Positions 24,311 to 37,900 of a stretch of DNA of 64,000 nucleotides are shown here, piece by piece. Positions within the stretch are counted from its first letter, which is position 1. The number at the start of each line of letters is the position of its first letter. This stretch comes from Ruditapes philippinarum (taxonomy: Eukaryota). The notes under the pieces are model-generated. The model was given only the letters and a program-made list of their open reading frames with translations. It was not told the origin of the DNA and searched no databases. The position numbers were made by a program, and so were the translations under genes. The stretch covers positions 1-64,000 of the forward strand of contig NW_026852923.1 of the NCBI RefSeq assembly GCF_026571515.1. The letters run 5' to 3'.

Positions 24311-27300
24311 ACTTGTTAACTTTCAACAATTGTACCTGAGAAAGGAGTATAATTTTTTCTTGTGAGAGAGAATCTGTTAAAATATTTGCTACAATAAAAC
24401 CTGAGTCATTGGTAGCATTTTTGTGGTCAGTTTGTATTTGACAAATAATTGATGTTAGATAAGATTATAAAAGTACCCTTTAATATAAATAGGGTAGCTG
24501 GATTTTTATTTGTCACGATGACTCATATATAGACATATGGCAGATAAAAATTTCTTTTTGGCCTGTAAATCAATAAAGTAAATGACCGGGGCTTTCTGTT
24601 TGATATACCAGTATATAATTACATACAGATAAATTTGTTATATATCACGAATAAATAAGCATTAACATAATATTGGATGTTTTAATACAGGTAGCACATA
24701 ACATAAATACCAAATGCGTTAATCATAGGTCCAGTAAAAATGTCCACTCAAATAAACGGTCACCGGTCAGCAGAATAAAATGATTAAGATGCATAGTACA
24801 TGTATTAATTAATTTACATAAAATTTTTATCATTATAATGTAAATGTTTGATACTTTGTTTGATACATTGTTAGATACTTTGTATATCTTTATATAAACT
24901 ATGAGATTCCTTTGCCCCATTAGTCATAGTCTTGTTTTAAAGACTTGTCTAGGTTTGAATTTGAATTTAGAACTATCATTGCAATGTACATTGTAATGCA
25001 TTTTTTTTAAATATATTGAAATTTTATAAATAGATATTCCACTTCCATCTGAAAAATGTTTTGTAAAACAACCATAATATATTTGTCATTAAATAATTTA
25101 TGAAAATTTAAAGATTTGTATTTCAGATAAGTAAGAAATGTTGCTGAAACCAGTCTAAAAATTGAAGCATTTCATTGGTCTGTTTAAAAAAAAAGTGTAA
25201 AAGTAACCAATCAGATGCTTAATTTTAAGACTGGTTCCCATGTTTTTTTATTCCAAATTTATTTCTTTTTAATTTTTTTTAAATGATAAAGATTTTTTGC
25301 TTATCATTTATAAAAATCAATATATAGTCTTCTCTTACAATCTTACTGATCTCAAAACAAATAATATAGTTACCAAGATTTACTTTAGTATTTATAACAA
25401 GGTCATTTATACCATAAATAATCATGTTGATGATATTTAATATTATTCATGACAACAAATAACTAAAGAATTATATATGGATGTTGTTGTTGATAGAAAC
25501 ATGATCAGACATGACATATCTATATATAACATATAATAATATGATATTATAGTCAAACCTATTATTGTCCATACTAAATCACTTAGAACTTTGTCAATAT
25601 TATTTTCTAATAAAATATCTTTTAAGAAACATTTCTGTTGTTTTTTATATTAAATATTGTGAAATACAATAGATCAATTTACTTTAAATGTATGATAGCA
25701 AAGAGAGCCGCAAAATAGGTTTTAGAAAACCATTTAAAATTCAGGACAAACTAAATGTTGTGGTTTAACACAGATTTAGATTTTATCAGTGGATTATTTT
25801 TTCAATTCACCCATAGAAAGATGTGATACCTATCTGACCCCAACCTGTACCTATAATTGTACCACACACCTTCCTTTGTTTTTGTGCTAAACTTGTTCAT
25901 TTTTAAATATCTTCATGTTTTTTGTTTATATCTTTTCTTTGCAATTTCTAATCTTGTTTATTGTTGGTTTTTTTTTTCCCTATTTTTTTTTCATGTGGGG
26001 GTGTGGGGATTGAGGAGGTAGGGGTCTTTTCTTTTTAAAGAATTGTATTTAAACTTAAGAACTTAACAAAGTTAATTATCTGTGGGATTTTATTTGCCTT
26101 AAATTTAATTTAATACTATCTCAAAATTTTGTTGCATTAAACAGTTGCTTTTTTAATTGTTACATTTATGATAATGATTTTCTTTTTTTTGGTGTTGTTA
26201 TTATTATTATTTGTGGTTGCTTTATGCTTATAACAGTTTTCTTGCTTGTTTTGTTTTTGTTGTTGTTGTTGTTTGTTTTTTTAGGGGGAGGGGCCTGTGG
26301 GGAGGGGCTCATTTTTTCTTCCTTTTTTTAACATTTAGTTTTGTTTTTACTGCATGAGGTTATTTTTTGTATAAAAAACACATTTGGGGTCAAAGAAGTC
26401 TCTTTTTTTAAGATAGTACTCCATGGGGGTCTACAAATCAAGACATCAACATATCAAATTATTGAGTGCACCTATTTACACCTTTTTTTGGCGATAAAAT
26501 CTGTTGATTAAATGTCTGAAGTGTAAAAGTATCCCTATCTTATCCAAGGCTTTGTTTGTTTTCAGCAAAATAAAGGCATTGTTTAAAGAAAAACAACTAC
26601 GTTTCGGAAAACAGTGGGACTCATTTATCAGTTTAAATTGTTGATAATGACTCTGATTCTTAAATGATTTGGTTACAAAGTCAACAAGTCTGATAAGATT
26701 GCATCTTATTGTTATTATTGTTGTCTTTATTTAACCTCACGCAAAAGTAACTTTTTTTGATGCATTTTGTTTATTATGTTCTTTTAACCTCTCACCACAA
26801 AAACAGTTTATGACATTGCATTTTGTTTAGGTTTTTTTTGTTTATTTCAAAGAAGGGGAATATCAAACCAATCCAGAATTGAACTTGCTAAAAAGAAGAG
26901 AGACATTTTTTGTCAGTGTCGAAAAGATTTTTGAAAACAACTATGTGGTATTGATATTTTTATGTAGTACTGACATTATTATTGCTTAAAATAATGTTAA
27001 ACTGTCAGACATGAAATTCATGCCAATGAAGCACCTTATCCAAGCTAAAGTAACATGTGAACTTTTTTCAATGTTCAATAGGTAGAATTTACTTATTTAC
27101 TTAATTAATTTACTTACAAAAAGAGGGATATTTTTTAATTGACAATTGACATAGAAGGAAATTTTGAAATGAAAAAGAGGGAGATTTCTAAATATTTTTA
27201 AAACACCCTTTATTCTAAGAAAAATATTTAAAAATTTGACAGGAGAAAGAGGGAGTCTCCCCGCTTAAATAGGGAGAGTTCACATGTATGTTTAATCCTT

Positions 27301-28463
27301 ATCCTTCTGAATTACCTACGTTTTTTTTTTTAATTGTTCATTATCATTTTTGAAGGTTTATTAAGAAGAAAATTTGAAGTTGGTCAGTCAACAGAATAGA
27401 GCAGTTTGGTCAGTCTGCATAAATATCTAGGCTGACATGTCTCTTACTGATAGCATAGGCTATTAAAAAAAATTCACACCTTAACTATTCACTCTCTATG
27501 AACATTTTTCAAATCATAATAAATCTTATTATTTAAGTTTATTATTTTTAAGTTCATCCTGGAAGTACATACCATGTGACTATGTCATGTGACCTTTTGA
27601 TTTTTCTCCTACACCAACAAAAATAATGCTGACTCATGATGTACTTTTAAGAGAGTGAGAGTACATCTGGTATATTTTTTTTCTGTGAGTAACATTAAAC
27701 TTCACAGTCATGTATGTATCAACAAGTTGATGTAGATAAAGGAGGAGTTTTTCTGGTTAACAAGAATGATGTTTGTTTATACCTCGTTCTAACCCCTACC
27801 CCTGCTGAATTTAAACAATGCACTTGCCCTTCCTTGAATTTGGAACAATCCATTAGTATTCTAAGGGAGATAAATTGTCAAATTTTAGCAGACGACAGAC
27901 AGACTGTGTACAGATGAGAAAGTCAGTCTGGTTCTATAGTGGTGCCATATTTGATGACTCAAACGTTTAATGCCAAATTAACAATAATATTAGTAAAATC
28001 AACAATTAAATCAAGAAAAGGAGAGAACACACCTCAAACATCAGGATGGTTTGTAAACTGGTGTGAGTAGTTTAAAACATTGAGTCTGCAAAAGTGCAGA
28101 CCAAGATCAGCAACCACTTAATATGTGCTGCATTTAATTGGACTGTTCCCAGTATACAGTCAGCAGAAAATAATTGCCTGGACAGTGGTTTAAAAAATCC
28201 TAACACTTGATGAATGGTTCAGTCCAGATTGAAACATAGATAAGTCCATTTAAGATTGAAGCATGATGGGGGTCAAAATACTAAAGCTGACTAGAAAGCC
28301 TGGATATGTAGGCTGTCCCTTGAAAGTTTAATGCTGTAGAGGATTTTATCATCAATGTTATTTCTTTTTACATTTAATTCAAATTTTAATCTATATTTGC
28401 AAAGTATTTTTGACTAAAAAATGATTTTTTTTTTTAACAGGATGTTGATAATTTATAAATAAA

Positions 28464-28680
28464 TGAGCCGCGTCATGAAAAAAACCAACATAATGGGTTT
28501 GTGACAAGCATTGATCCAGACCAGATCAGGGTCCATGCTGTTCACTTACAAACCCTATAGTAAGTAGAGAAACTGATAGCGAACAGCATGGATCCTGATC
28601 AGACTGCGTGGATGCGCAGGCTGGTCTGGATCCATGCTGATCGCAAACCCATTATATTGGTTTTGTCGTGTCTCGGCTCA
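28464..28680. mobile_element. MITE with long TIRs (tgagccgcgtcatg...cggctca)
   Basis: tgagccgcgtcatgaaaaaaaccaacataatgggtttg pairs with caaacccattatattggttttgtcgtgtctcggctca. A second copy lies at 55439-55669. Confidence 0.85.
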
Positions 28681-29487
28681 AATCATGATTTGTAACAAGT
28701 AGATTGGTAAAAAAGGGTTTCCGTGTATTTCTCCTGTTTTTTGTTTTGTTTTATTTTTTTTACCACTGTTTGTTACAAAGTGAGATGTGACTCACGGAAA
28801 TAGAAACTCATATGTAATAGAATGCTTAAACATATGGAATGCTTGCGGAGTGTAAAAAGGGTAGGTCCACTATTAGAGAGTTCAGTGCATCAGTGTCCTA
28901 ACTTGAGTTTTTTATTAGATTTAGGTACAGCATTTTTGCATTTAATCCATAACTTCCTCAAGGGGCAAGCCTAAGTTACCATTGTTAACAAGTTAATCAG
29001 GGGAATAATTTTAGGGAGTAAAATCAATTCGTGGGGTGAAAATCGGTCAAGGTTTCGTATTACTGCACTTTACTTCTGTGTATGTGTGGGTGTGTGCATT
29101 GGTAGATTATAATAATCTGTCTTGCCAAGGTCAATAACACTATAAAAATAAACAGGTATTTAATTCACAAGGGCTTGGCTCATAAGTGGCATATCACTGT
29201 ATACTACTACATGGGAGTTACATTCATTCTGTCACTAATCCACCAAAATTAGGTAATTGTCTACTCAGGTTTATGGGATAGGACAATATTTCCTTTTCAA
29301 TAGACATGTGCAGAAGCTGATTTTCTTTGATCCGAAAACAGGTGTTTATTTAAATTCATGTATAATTATATAAATATTGTCTTAAATTTTTAACCTTGTT
29401 TCATTTTGAGGCATGAATTTTGATTTAAATATATAATAGCATATTAGTATTTGCTATGACATTATATATTAAGGTAGTGTTGGGGTC

Positions 29488-29562
29488 ACAGGTGTTCAGC
29501 ACATTTGCCAGGCCAATAATGGACAAATTATTATTGGCATGGCAAATGTGCCGAACGCCTGT
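29488..29562. repeat. Compact 75-nt hairpin (33-bp arms)
   Basis: acaggtgttcagcacatttgccaggccaataat vs attattggcatggcaaatgtgccgaacgcctgt: 30/33 Watson-Crick pairs and a 9-nt loop. Confidence 0.85.
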
Positions 29563-31019
29563 AGTTGGGATGGGGTTTCTCCCTTAATTGAGGGACAACC
29601 ATCCCTTAATCTGACTTAATTAAGATGTTCAGATCTTCTTTTGTTTTAAACATACAGCTATTAAGAAACTGATGATAATCAACTTGACCAGCCCTTGGAC
29701 TCCCCACCCACTGGGCTGATCTTTATACTGGTTTCAGTTTTTGTTCCATTAGGGTTTAAGGTTTAATTTAAATTCTGTCCTAACTATTAAATACACTGTT
29801 TTCAGAAAGACTTTTTAGCAATAATCAAATTCAAGGTCATACATATATGACCTCACATGGCATCAGTAGATTTAGAAATAATTTTCACTTTTCTTTCACA
29901 GACACTTATAGTGCATTTTACAATGGTTGTCCAAAATTTAGGTCAAAAAGAAGAAAAGAAAAGAATGATTAAGAAATATTTTCTTATGAATAACAAAAAT
30001 GAAAGAAGTAGAAAAAAAGAGGGATTAACGTGGTCAAAGGTTATGAGTACTTGGGTTTGTTTGTTTTTTTTTGTTTTTTTTTTAAAGGCCGCCATCTCAG
30101 TCAGCGGGGGCCTTAATTAAGCTCAAATTTCATTAGTACTGATTTAGTAGCTAAAGAAACTTCAAGCTCATTAAAAAAATATGCATAGAAATGAACTATA
30201 AGTAAAAATATTAATAATTGTATAAAATTAATGTAAAATATCATTTTTAGATTAATTATAAAACTGTTAGGACTCCAATTATAAGAAATATTAATATAAA
30301 AAAAGAGAAATATTTTCATGATGATGTATTTATATAATATTTTTTTTTTTTCAAATAATATTTCTAAGTGTTGTTTCTTATAATTACAGTTATATCACAG
30401 AATTCTGTTATTTGTATTTTTGCAAATGATGCCCCCTAAATTTATTTCTAAATTATGTTTATCATGACTGTATAATATAGATGGTAATTAAGTATCCTAT
30501 GGGGATATTATTCCCTGACACTTACATTGGCATTACATGAATGAACTTGGCAATCACATGGGATATGACAATGTCATAAAAATTGCCAATTGCACTAGAA
30601 TCACTGAGTCTTAATTGGCAAAAACTTTTTACATTAACAATTTTTTATTTAATTGGATTCTAGAATATAACTTATATTTACATTGGAATAATGTTTTTAT
30701 GCAGATTATACTTTATTATTCTATTCAATTTCATATGAATATAACTTTGCATTCAAATTTAACTTGACAATCTGATCTATCAAAAATCACATCTCAATAC
30801 TTGGCAACCACACTTAAACTTGGCAATAACAGCTTACTGGGCACTCAAATCAAACTTGACAATCTGATCCGACTGTCATAAATCAAATCTTTATACTTGG
30901 CAATCATACCTTATATGGCAATTAAACCATACTTTGGCAATTATTTCTAACTTTTCAATCACATAACTTGGCAATCAAACTTAACCTGTCAATTACTTCA
31001 AACTTTACCACAAAACAGT

Positions 31020-31375
31020 CACATGAATTTGCAATTTAACCTAACTTGGCAATATCACCTAACTTTGTATATATATTTTTTTGCAATCTCACCTGACTTG
31101 GCAATATCATATATAACTTTGTAATTACATGTTTTTTTTGCAATCTCACCTAACTTGGCAATATCATAAACCTTTAAATAACATTTTTGTTTTGCAATCT
31201 CACCTAACCTTGCAATATCATCAAACTTTGTAATTACATTTTTTTTGCACTCTCACCTAGCTTGGCAATATCATATAACTTTGTAATTACTTTTTTTTGC
31301 AATCTCACCTAACTTGGCAATATCTTATAACTTTGTAATTACATTTTTTTAACAATCTCACCTAACCTGGCAATC
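31020..31375. repeat. ~54-bp minisatellite (decayed precursor from ~30520)
   Basis: ttgcaatctcacctaacttggcaatatcatataactttgtaattaca(t)n, 6-7 copies. The aacttggcaat motif is scattered upstream. Confidence 0.85.
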
Positions 31376-32374
31376 CATGGTCCTTGTAGGGCTTGAACCT
31401 TTGTGCATCAGGTTGGGGAAAACATTATTAACAACTGACTGTTCAATTTTAGCATTAGATACAAACATTTTTTATATTACTAATGCATTGTACTAAAATC
31501 AAACCATAATAAATTCATTACACAAATTCAGTAATTACACAAATTCATTACATAAATTCATTAATTACACAATTCAGTACACAAATTCATTCATTGTACT
31601 ATTTCATTTCAAAAATTGATTCATTATGCAAATTCAGCAGTATATCTATTATTATAATAGTAAAGATAGAGTAAAAATTATATCATATACATGACTGTAC
31701 ATGCACTATTTTTAAAATGTTAAATATATTGATTCTGGAATACATTGAACTTATTGTTTTAAATTCAAAGCTGGACATGTAATTCAGCAGGGTTTAATTT
31801 CGTGTTTTACTTCTGGGAATGAGTCACACTATCAAGGATCTTACATAGTGTTAGTCAATGGCAGTATATAGACAGGTTAACTGTTGTAATCTGGACAGGT
31901 CATGAATGGCACACTTTTCACATTTTTATGTTTAGATAAATGTGTCTTCAGGCAAAGTTTGGGAGGAAATGATTCATGTTCTTTGTACTGTGGGCTAAGT
32001 ACATGTAAATTGACCTCGATATAACACCAGGTAATTTCCCCCCTTGTTAATACTTAGATCAAATAAAACATAATGGCTTGAAGGTCACAATGATTGAAGT
32101 TGTCAGAATAATCATTAATAAATATGTTGTTTTTTTTCTTGAATAATCAATGATAACTGCATATCAATTTTTAATATTTGTTATCTTTTTTTTATCTTTT
32201 CTATAGTAGTATACAGTAAAAATATTAACCTGTATCATGTTAGAAGTCCTTAACGGACAATTATTGTCCATCAAAACCATTCATCATTTTAGGGGAAATT
32301 TCAAATTATGTCATGTTCTGAAATTTTAGAAGTATGTACTGACCAAAAAGGCAACATGGCTGAGAGTGACCATA

Positions 32375-32900
32375 TGTGCTGAGTTCACACCGAACTTGTG
32401 CAGAGTTCTGTGCCAAGTTCACACTGAACTTGTACCGAGTTCTGTGCCAAGTTCACACTGACCTTGTGCCAAGTTCTGTGCTGAGTTCACACTGAACTTG
32501 TGCCAAGTTCTGTGCTGAGTTCACACTGAACTTGTGCCGAGTTCTGTGCTGAGTTCACACTGAACTTGTGCTGAGTTCTGTGCCGAGTTCACGCTGAACT
32601 TGTGCCAAGTTCTATGCTGAGTTCACACTGAACTTGTGCTGAGTTCTGTGCCTAGTTCACACTGAACTTGTGCTGAGTTCTGTGCTGAGTTCACACTGAA
32701 CTTGTGGTGAGTTCTGTGCTGAGTTCACACTGAACTTGTGCCGAGTTCTGTGCTGAGTTCACACTGAACTTGTGCCAAGTTCTGTGCCGAGTTCACACTG
32801 AACTTGTGCCAAGTTCTGTGCCGAGTTCACAATGAACTTATGCCAAGTTCTGTGCCAAGTTCAAACTGAACTTGTGCCAAGTTCTGTGCCAATTCACACT
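32375..32900. repeat. 34-bp tandem repeat
   Basis: gagttcacactgaacttgtgccaagttctgtgct, about 15 copies, with an internal palindrome agttca-cac-tgaact. Confidence 0.95.
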
Positions 32901-34642
32901 TAGAACTAAACGCATGGGTAGTTGCAGGTTGAAGGTTAATTGATGATACTATTGTATTTTGGCAACAATACATTGTTTATTTTATATCAAAGTACTACAT
33001 GTGCTAAAAATGATCAGGAAATGGTTGTGCTGGCCACATGGATAAGGGATTGGTCTCTCAAACCAGGGTTAGTGAGTTTGAGATCATATATTAACATTGT
33101 TGTAAAAGAAATCTTCCAGGTATGATCTACCGGAGTCGATCATGGGTATTTTTAAAACAATATATTTAACAGCAGTCACTGTTAAGTCCAGGTAGTCAAT
33201 AAAAATGTAGTTAAATACTAAGTCAAAAATTATTTTTATTCACAAACTGATGAAGAAAACTAGTTTAAAAGACCAGTCTCAATTTTGATAAAGAATCAAA
33301 GGTTCAATAAGTACATTTGAAGACCAGTCAGAAATGCTGACATCTGATTGGCTATTTAAAGCTTGAGTTTTGAAATGGACCAATAAGAAAGCTGTTCACT
33401 GAGAAGGAACCAGTCTTGGATCAAATACTGTTCAAAGGTGCAATGCTGGCAATTTAAGAATTCATTAGAAACAATTAAAAATCATTATGGTAATCTTTAA
33501 GGATTTTCAAAAGATTTTCCAGCTTTGGGTCTTTATAAAGCTTTTAAAAAAAGCAATATGTTAAATTGCTGAAAATTTACCCTGAAAAAGAACTTCCACT
33601 TTTTTTTCTGTGTAAAGATCAAAACAGAATTTCATACTGGTCCAAGATATGAAAGCCTATTACTCAGTCTGTGACCAAAGAAAAGAAAAAGAAAAAAAGG
33701 AGGATTTAATTGAATTTAGCAGACTGTAAAATTATCAACAACTGTTTTTCTGTACAAAAGTGCTTGTGACCCTTATTCTGGTTGTTACAAATGAGGTCAT
33801 TTGGTGCTGAAAAAAACTAGTTCGCTATATATTTGTAAAAGAGTCATTAAAGTCATTAAGTACATTTTGTTACATTGTTTTCGGATGCACTCACAGTCCT
33901 AAGTATCGCACACATGTTACAACTATTAACAGAAACAAAATACATTCTTTAATTCTAATTTTATGCTTAATTAAACGTTACACTATGATTTTTTCTCCGA
34001 TATTTGTTAAGTGATATAAGAATTGTAAAATATCTCCGTTGGATACATTTCATAGTTATTTTAGGGTTATTTGGGTGGAAAAATCTTTTCATGGTGTCAG
34101 ATAATGGAAAACAATTTGCACCGATTTTGATTGATAGATGTAAAAAAACTTATTTTAGTGATAATGAGGTAAACAGTGCCGACTGCAATTAAATGATTAT
34201 GTATCATTATTACGAAGTAGACTAAAGTTACTGGGTACTCTATGAAATAAACTGTCAATTCATTGACTTACAGCCAACATACGTACAAAAGTATAAATAC
34301 TTGAGCCAAAATATTAATATTCCTTTGTCTCGTTTTTTTTTACACAACAGCTGTTTTACATGTTCTTACAAACAGTCCTTTAGTAGTTGCTGTAATTTAC
34401 TTTATATTTAGTACATTTTACCAAGTCAATGACCTCTTAGTTCTGAATTGACACTAAATTCAAGAATATTTAATTCAATTTTCTTGAATAATGGGTGGAA
34501 CCCTGCACTTATCATGATTTTAAAATCCTTGATTTACAAACCCTATCTAAGTCACTACTTTATTCAAACACTGGTGGAATATGTATCAGAGCCTTTTCAA
34601 TAATTAACTAAAAGTTGATTTGTCAATATCATTTAATTTTTA

Positions 34643-34926
34643 TTCCAAGACAAATTATGTCATTACACCCCTTACTATTTTCTTACAACAGCGCATGGAA
34701 TTACAGCTTCATTCATAAATTAGACTTACTTTTCTTGCATACCATTCTGGTGTTTCCATTAGTTTTACCCCTGCCTGTTTTTATTCTGGCATAGGAGTTG
34801 CCAGATGAGTCCCATGTCCCGTGCTGTACAATGGCACCCTTATTTTACCGTTATGAATGAAGCAGTAATTCCATACGCTGTTGTAAGAAAAAAGTAAGGG
34901 GTGAAATGACATGATTTGTCTTGGAA
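34643..34926. repeat. 76-bp inverted repeat with 132-bp spacer
   Basis: Arms 34643-34718 and 34851-34926 are reverse complements at 71/76 positions with no indels. Confidence 0.9.
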
Positions 34927-35013
34927 AAATTGCTTTATTAAAGTAAAGAGTTTGAATATGGAAGAATATGCAAGAAAAAATATTCGACCTGTTTGCATTT
35001 CGGATTAAAATAC

Positions 35014-35115
35014 CTGTCCCTGGAAACCTTCCAATGGACAGTAACCAGACAAGCCTTGCTACCACCAAATGGGCGGGTCTTCTTGGGACAGTCATTTCCA
35101 GCAGAGTTACTGCCA
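35014..35115 (-). CDS. Candidate frame-preserving cassette exon ((S)GSNSAGNDCPKKTRPFGGSKACLVTVHWKVSRD(R))
   Basis: cccacccag| acceptor and cag|gtattt donor. 102 nt, phase 2/2 like the flanking exons, open in the required frame, GC-elevated unique sequence. Confidence 0.35.
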
Positions 35116-36319
35116 CTGGGTGGGTTTCCGAGGGATGGCTATTCTGATCCGAATTGCAACATATGACAGATATTATTAGTACAGAAAGAGGTCAGAATGC
35201 ACATCAGATTCTTATTGTATTCCCTAACTCTACTATACTGTTGCCTGCCAATTCTTCGAATCATTTTATAAAATTTCCTCATTTAGATCATGGACAGTAA
35301 CTGTTCTCAAGTTAAAAAAAAAAAACAACCGCAACACCAAAACAAATCCCTAGAGAATACCCAAAAAAGGCGAAATTGAAAATGTTTCAGGCTTTGTTTG
35401 ATTGACCAATTTGATAAATATAAGTATCAATATAAGTATCATTAACACCGAAAAAGAATAAAAGACCACAAACATGTAAAATAAAAAACAAAGTCCAAAA
35501 GACAAGAATAAACAGGGTCTTTTAAATATAGCATGAATGACCTCGTTTTCCACTAAAGATGGCTGTTATGATATTAATTTATTTGTATTAGATCAATGAC
35601 TTTCATTGTATCATATAACTAGAATTAAAGCAAGACACAAGATGGGGGAGTATTTTGTTCTTACCTTTAAACCAATTATACCAAATACAGACTAGCTTGT
35701 TGTTTTTGCTGTTATTATGAACAAAATACTGGAAGGTTGATTCTAGGAGAAAATATTGTCATTTTTACATCTGGGACAAAATACTGAAATCACTATGCAT
35801 TTAGGCATGCTCCTATTGGTGAAGGAATACAGCAGGTCACAGTCAAATCATCCTAAGTACCAGGGATGAATGGGTGATTTAAAGTGACTAATTCTGGAAG
35901 ACGCAGCCCTACAAAAAGCCATTTAGGAAGAAACACATGTCAAAATGTTTACCAAAAATAGACTGTACCACCTTATAACCAATAGATGCATGAAGGCAAG
36001 TAAATCAAAAGGAAAGGAAGCATGAAAAGTCACTACCGGCATGGGAACAAATTCACACTGGCACAGGTGCTAATTAATAATCTGGATCATATGATTTAAT
36101 CATGTTATCAGTAAAAATAAAGGGAAGACACTGAAACAAGTAAAAGACCTTTGGTATGATTATTACAAAACCTCTTTGAAATGACCTTGTATATTTATAC
36201 TACAGCAGGTCTTTGGAATCATACATGAGGTCTTTGATATGACCTTGTATGATCTTTGGTATGACCTTGTACTCTCATTAAAAAAGATCTTTGGTATGTC
36301 CTAGTATATAATAATTAGA

Positions 36320-37900
36320 AAATGTCTTTGGTATTACCCAATATGTTCATTACAGAAGATCTTTGGTATTACCACTACAAGCAGTCCTTGGAATAACCTG
36401 GTATAATCATTAAAGAATGTCTTTGGTATGACCTGGTATGGTCATTACAGAATGTCTTTGGTATTACCTGGTATAATCATTAAAAGAATGTCTTTGGTAT
36501 GACCTGGTATGGTCATTAAAGAATGTCTTTGGTATGACCTGGTATTGTCATTACAGAATGTCTTTGGTATGACCTGGTATAATCATTAAAGAATGTCTTT
36601 GGTATGACCTGGTATGGTCATTACAGAATGTCTTTGGTATTACCTGGTATAATCATTAAAGAATGTCTTTGGTATGACCTGGTATGGTCATTACAGAATG
36701 TCTTTGGTATTACCTGGTATAATCATTAAAAGAATGTCTTTGGTATGACCTGGTATGGTCATTAAAGAATGTCTTTGGTATGACCTGGTATTGTCATTAC
36801 AGAAATGTCTTTGGTATGACCTGGTATAATCATTAAAGAATGTCTTTGGTATGACCTGGTATGGTCATTACAGAATGTCTTTGGTATTACCTGGTATAAT
36901 CATTAAAGAATGTCTTTTGGTATGACCTGGTATGGTCATTAAAGAATGTCTTTGGTATGACCTGGTATTGTCATTACAGAATGTCTTTGGTATGACCTGG
37001 TATTGTCATTACAGAATGTCTTTGGTATGACCTGGTATGGTCATTACAGAATGTCTTTGGTATTACCTGGTATAATCATTAAAGAATGTCTTTGGTATGA
37101 CCTGGTATTGTCATTACAGAATGTCTTTGGTATGACCTGGTATGGTCATTACAGAATGTCTTTGGTATTACCTGGTATAATCATTAAAGAATGTCTTTGG
37201 TATGACCTGGTATTGTCATTACAGAATGTCTTTGGTATGACCTGGTATGGTCATTACAGAAGATCTTTTGGTATTACCACTACAAGCAGTCCTTGGAATA
37301 AACCTGGTATAATCATTAAAGAATGTCTTTGGTATGACCTGGTTATGGTCATTACAGAATGTCTTTGGTATTACCTGGTATAATCATTAAAGAATGTCTT
37401 TGGTATGACCTGGTATTGTCATTACAGAATGTCTTTGGTATGACCTGGTATGGTCATTACAGAAGATCTTTGGTATTACCACTACAAGCAGTCCTTGGAA
37501 TAACCTGGTATAATCATTAAAGAATGTCTTTGGTATGACCTGGTATGGTCATTACAGAATGTCTTTGGTATTACCTGGTATAATCATTACAGAATGTCAT
37601 TGGTATTACCTGGTATAATCATTAAAGAATGTCTTTGGTATGACCTGGTATTGTCATTACAGAATGTCTTTGGTATGACCTGGTATTGTCATTACAGAAT
37701 GTCTTTGGTATGACCTGGTATTGTCATTACAGAATGTCATTGGTATGACCTGGTATGATCATTACAGAATGTCTTTGGTATTACCTGGTATGGTCATTAC
37801 AGAATGTCTTTGGTATTACCTGGTATGGTCATTACAGAATGTCTTTGGTATTACCTGGTATGGTCATTACAGAATGTCTTTGGTATTACCTGGTATGATC
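36320..37900. repeat. 35-bp tandem repeat with variant higher-order structure
   Basis: gaatgtctttggtatgacctggtatggtcattaca, more than 40 copies. A 105-bp trimer periodicity generates ORF 37003-37383. Decayed copies start at ~36147. Confidence 0.95.

Noticed and set aside
32390-32400. ccgaacttgtg matching the 3' half of miR-100
   Set aside because: It is part of the 34-bp satellite and the seed region is absent.
34781-35116. 111-aa ORF as a single exon
   Set aside because: It runs across an AT-rich linker and the inverted-repeat arm. It is better explained as parts of two candidate exons in different frames.
36320-37900. CRISPR-like 35-bp repeat array and ORFs 37003-37383 / 37721-37909
   Set aside because: Units are head-to-tail with no unique spacers, there are no cas genes, and the context is eukaryotic. 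The ORFs are by-products of the periodicity.
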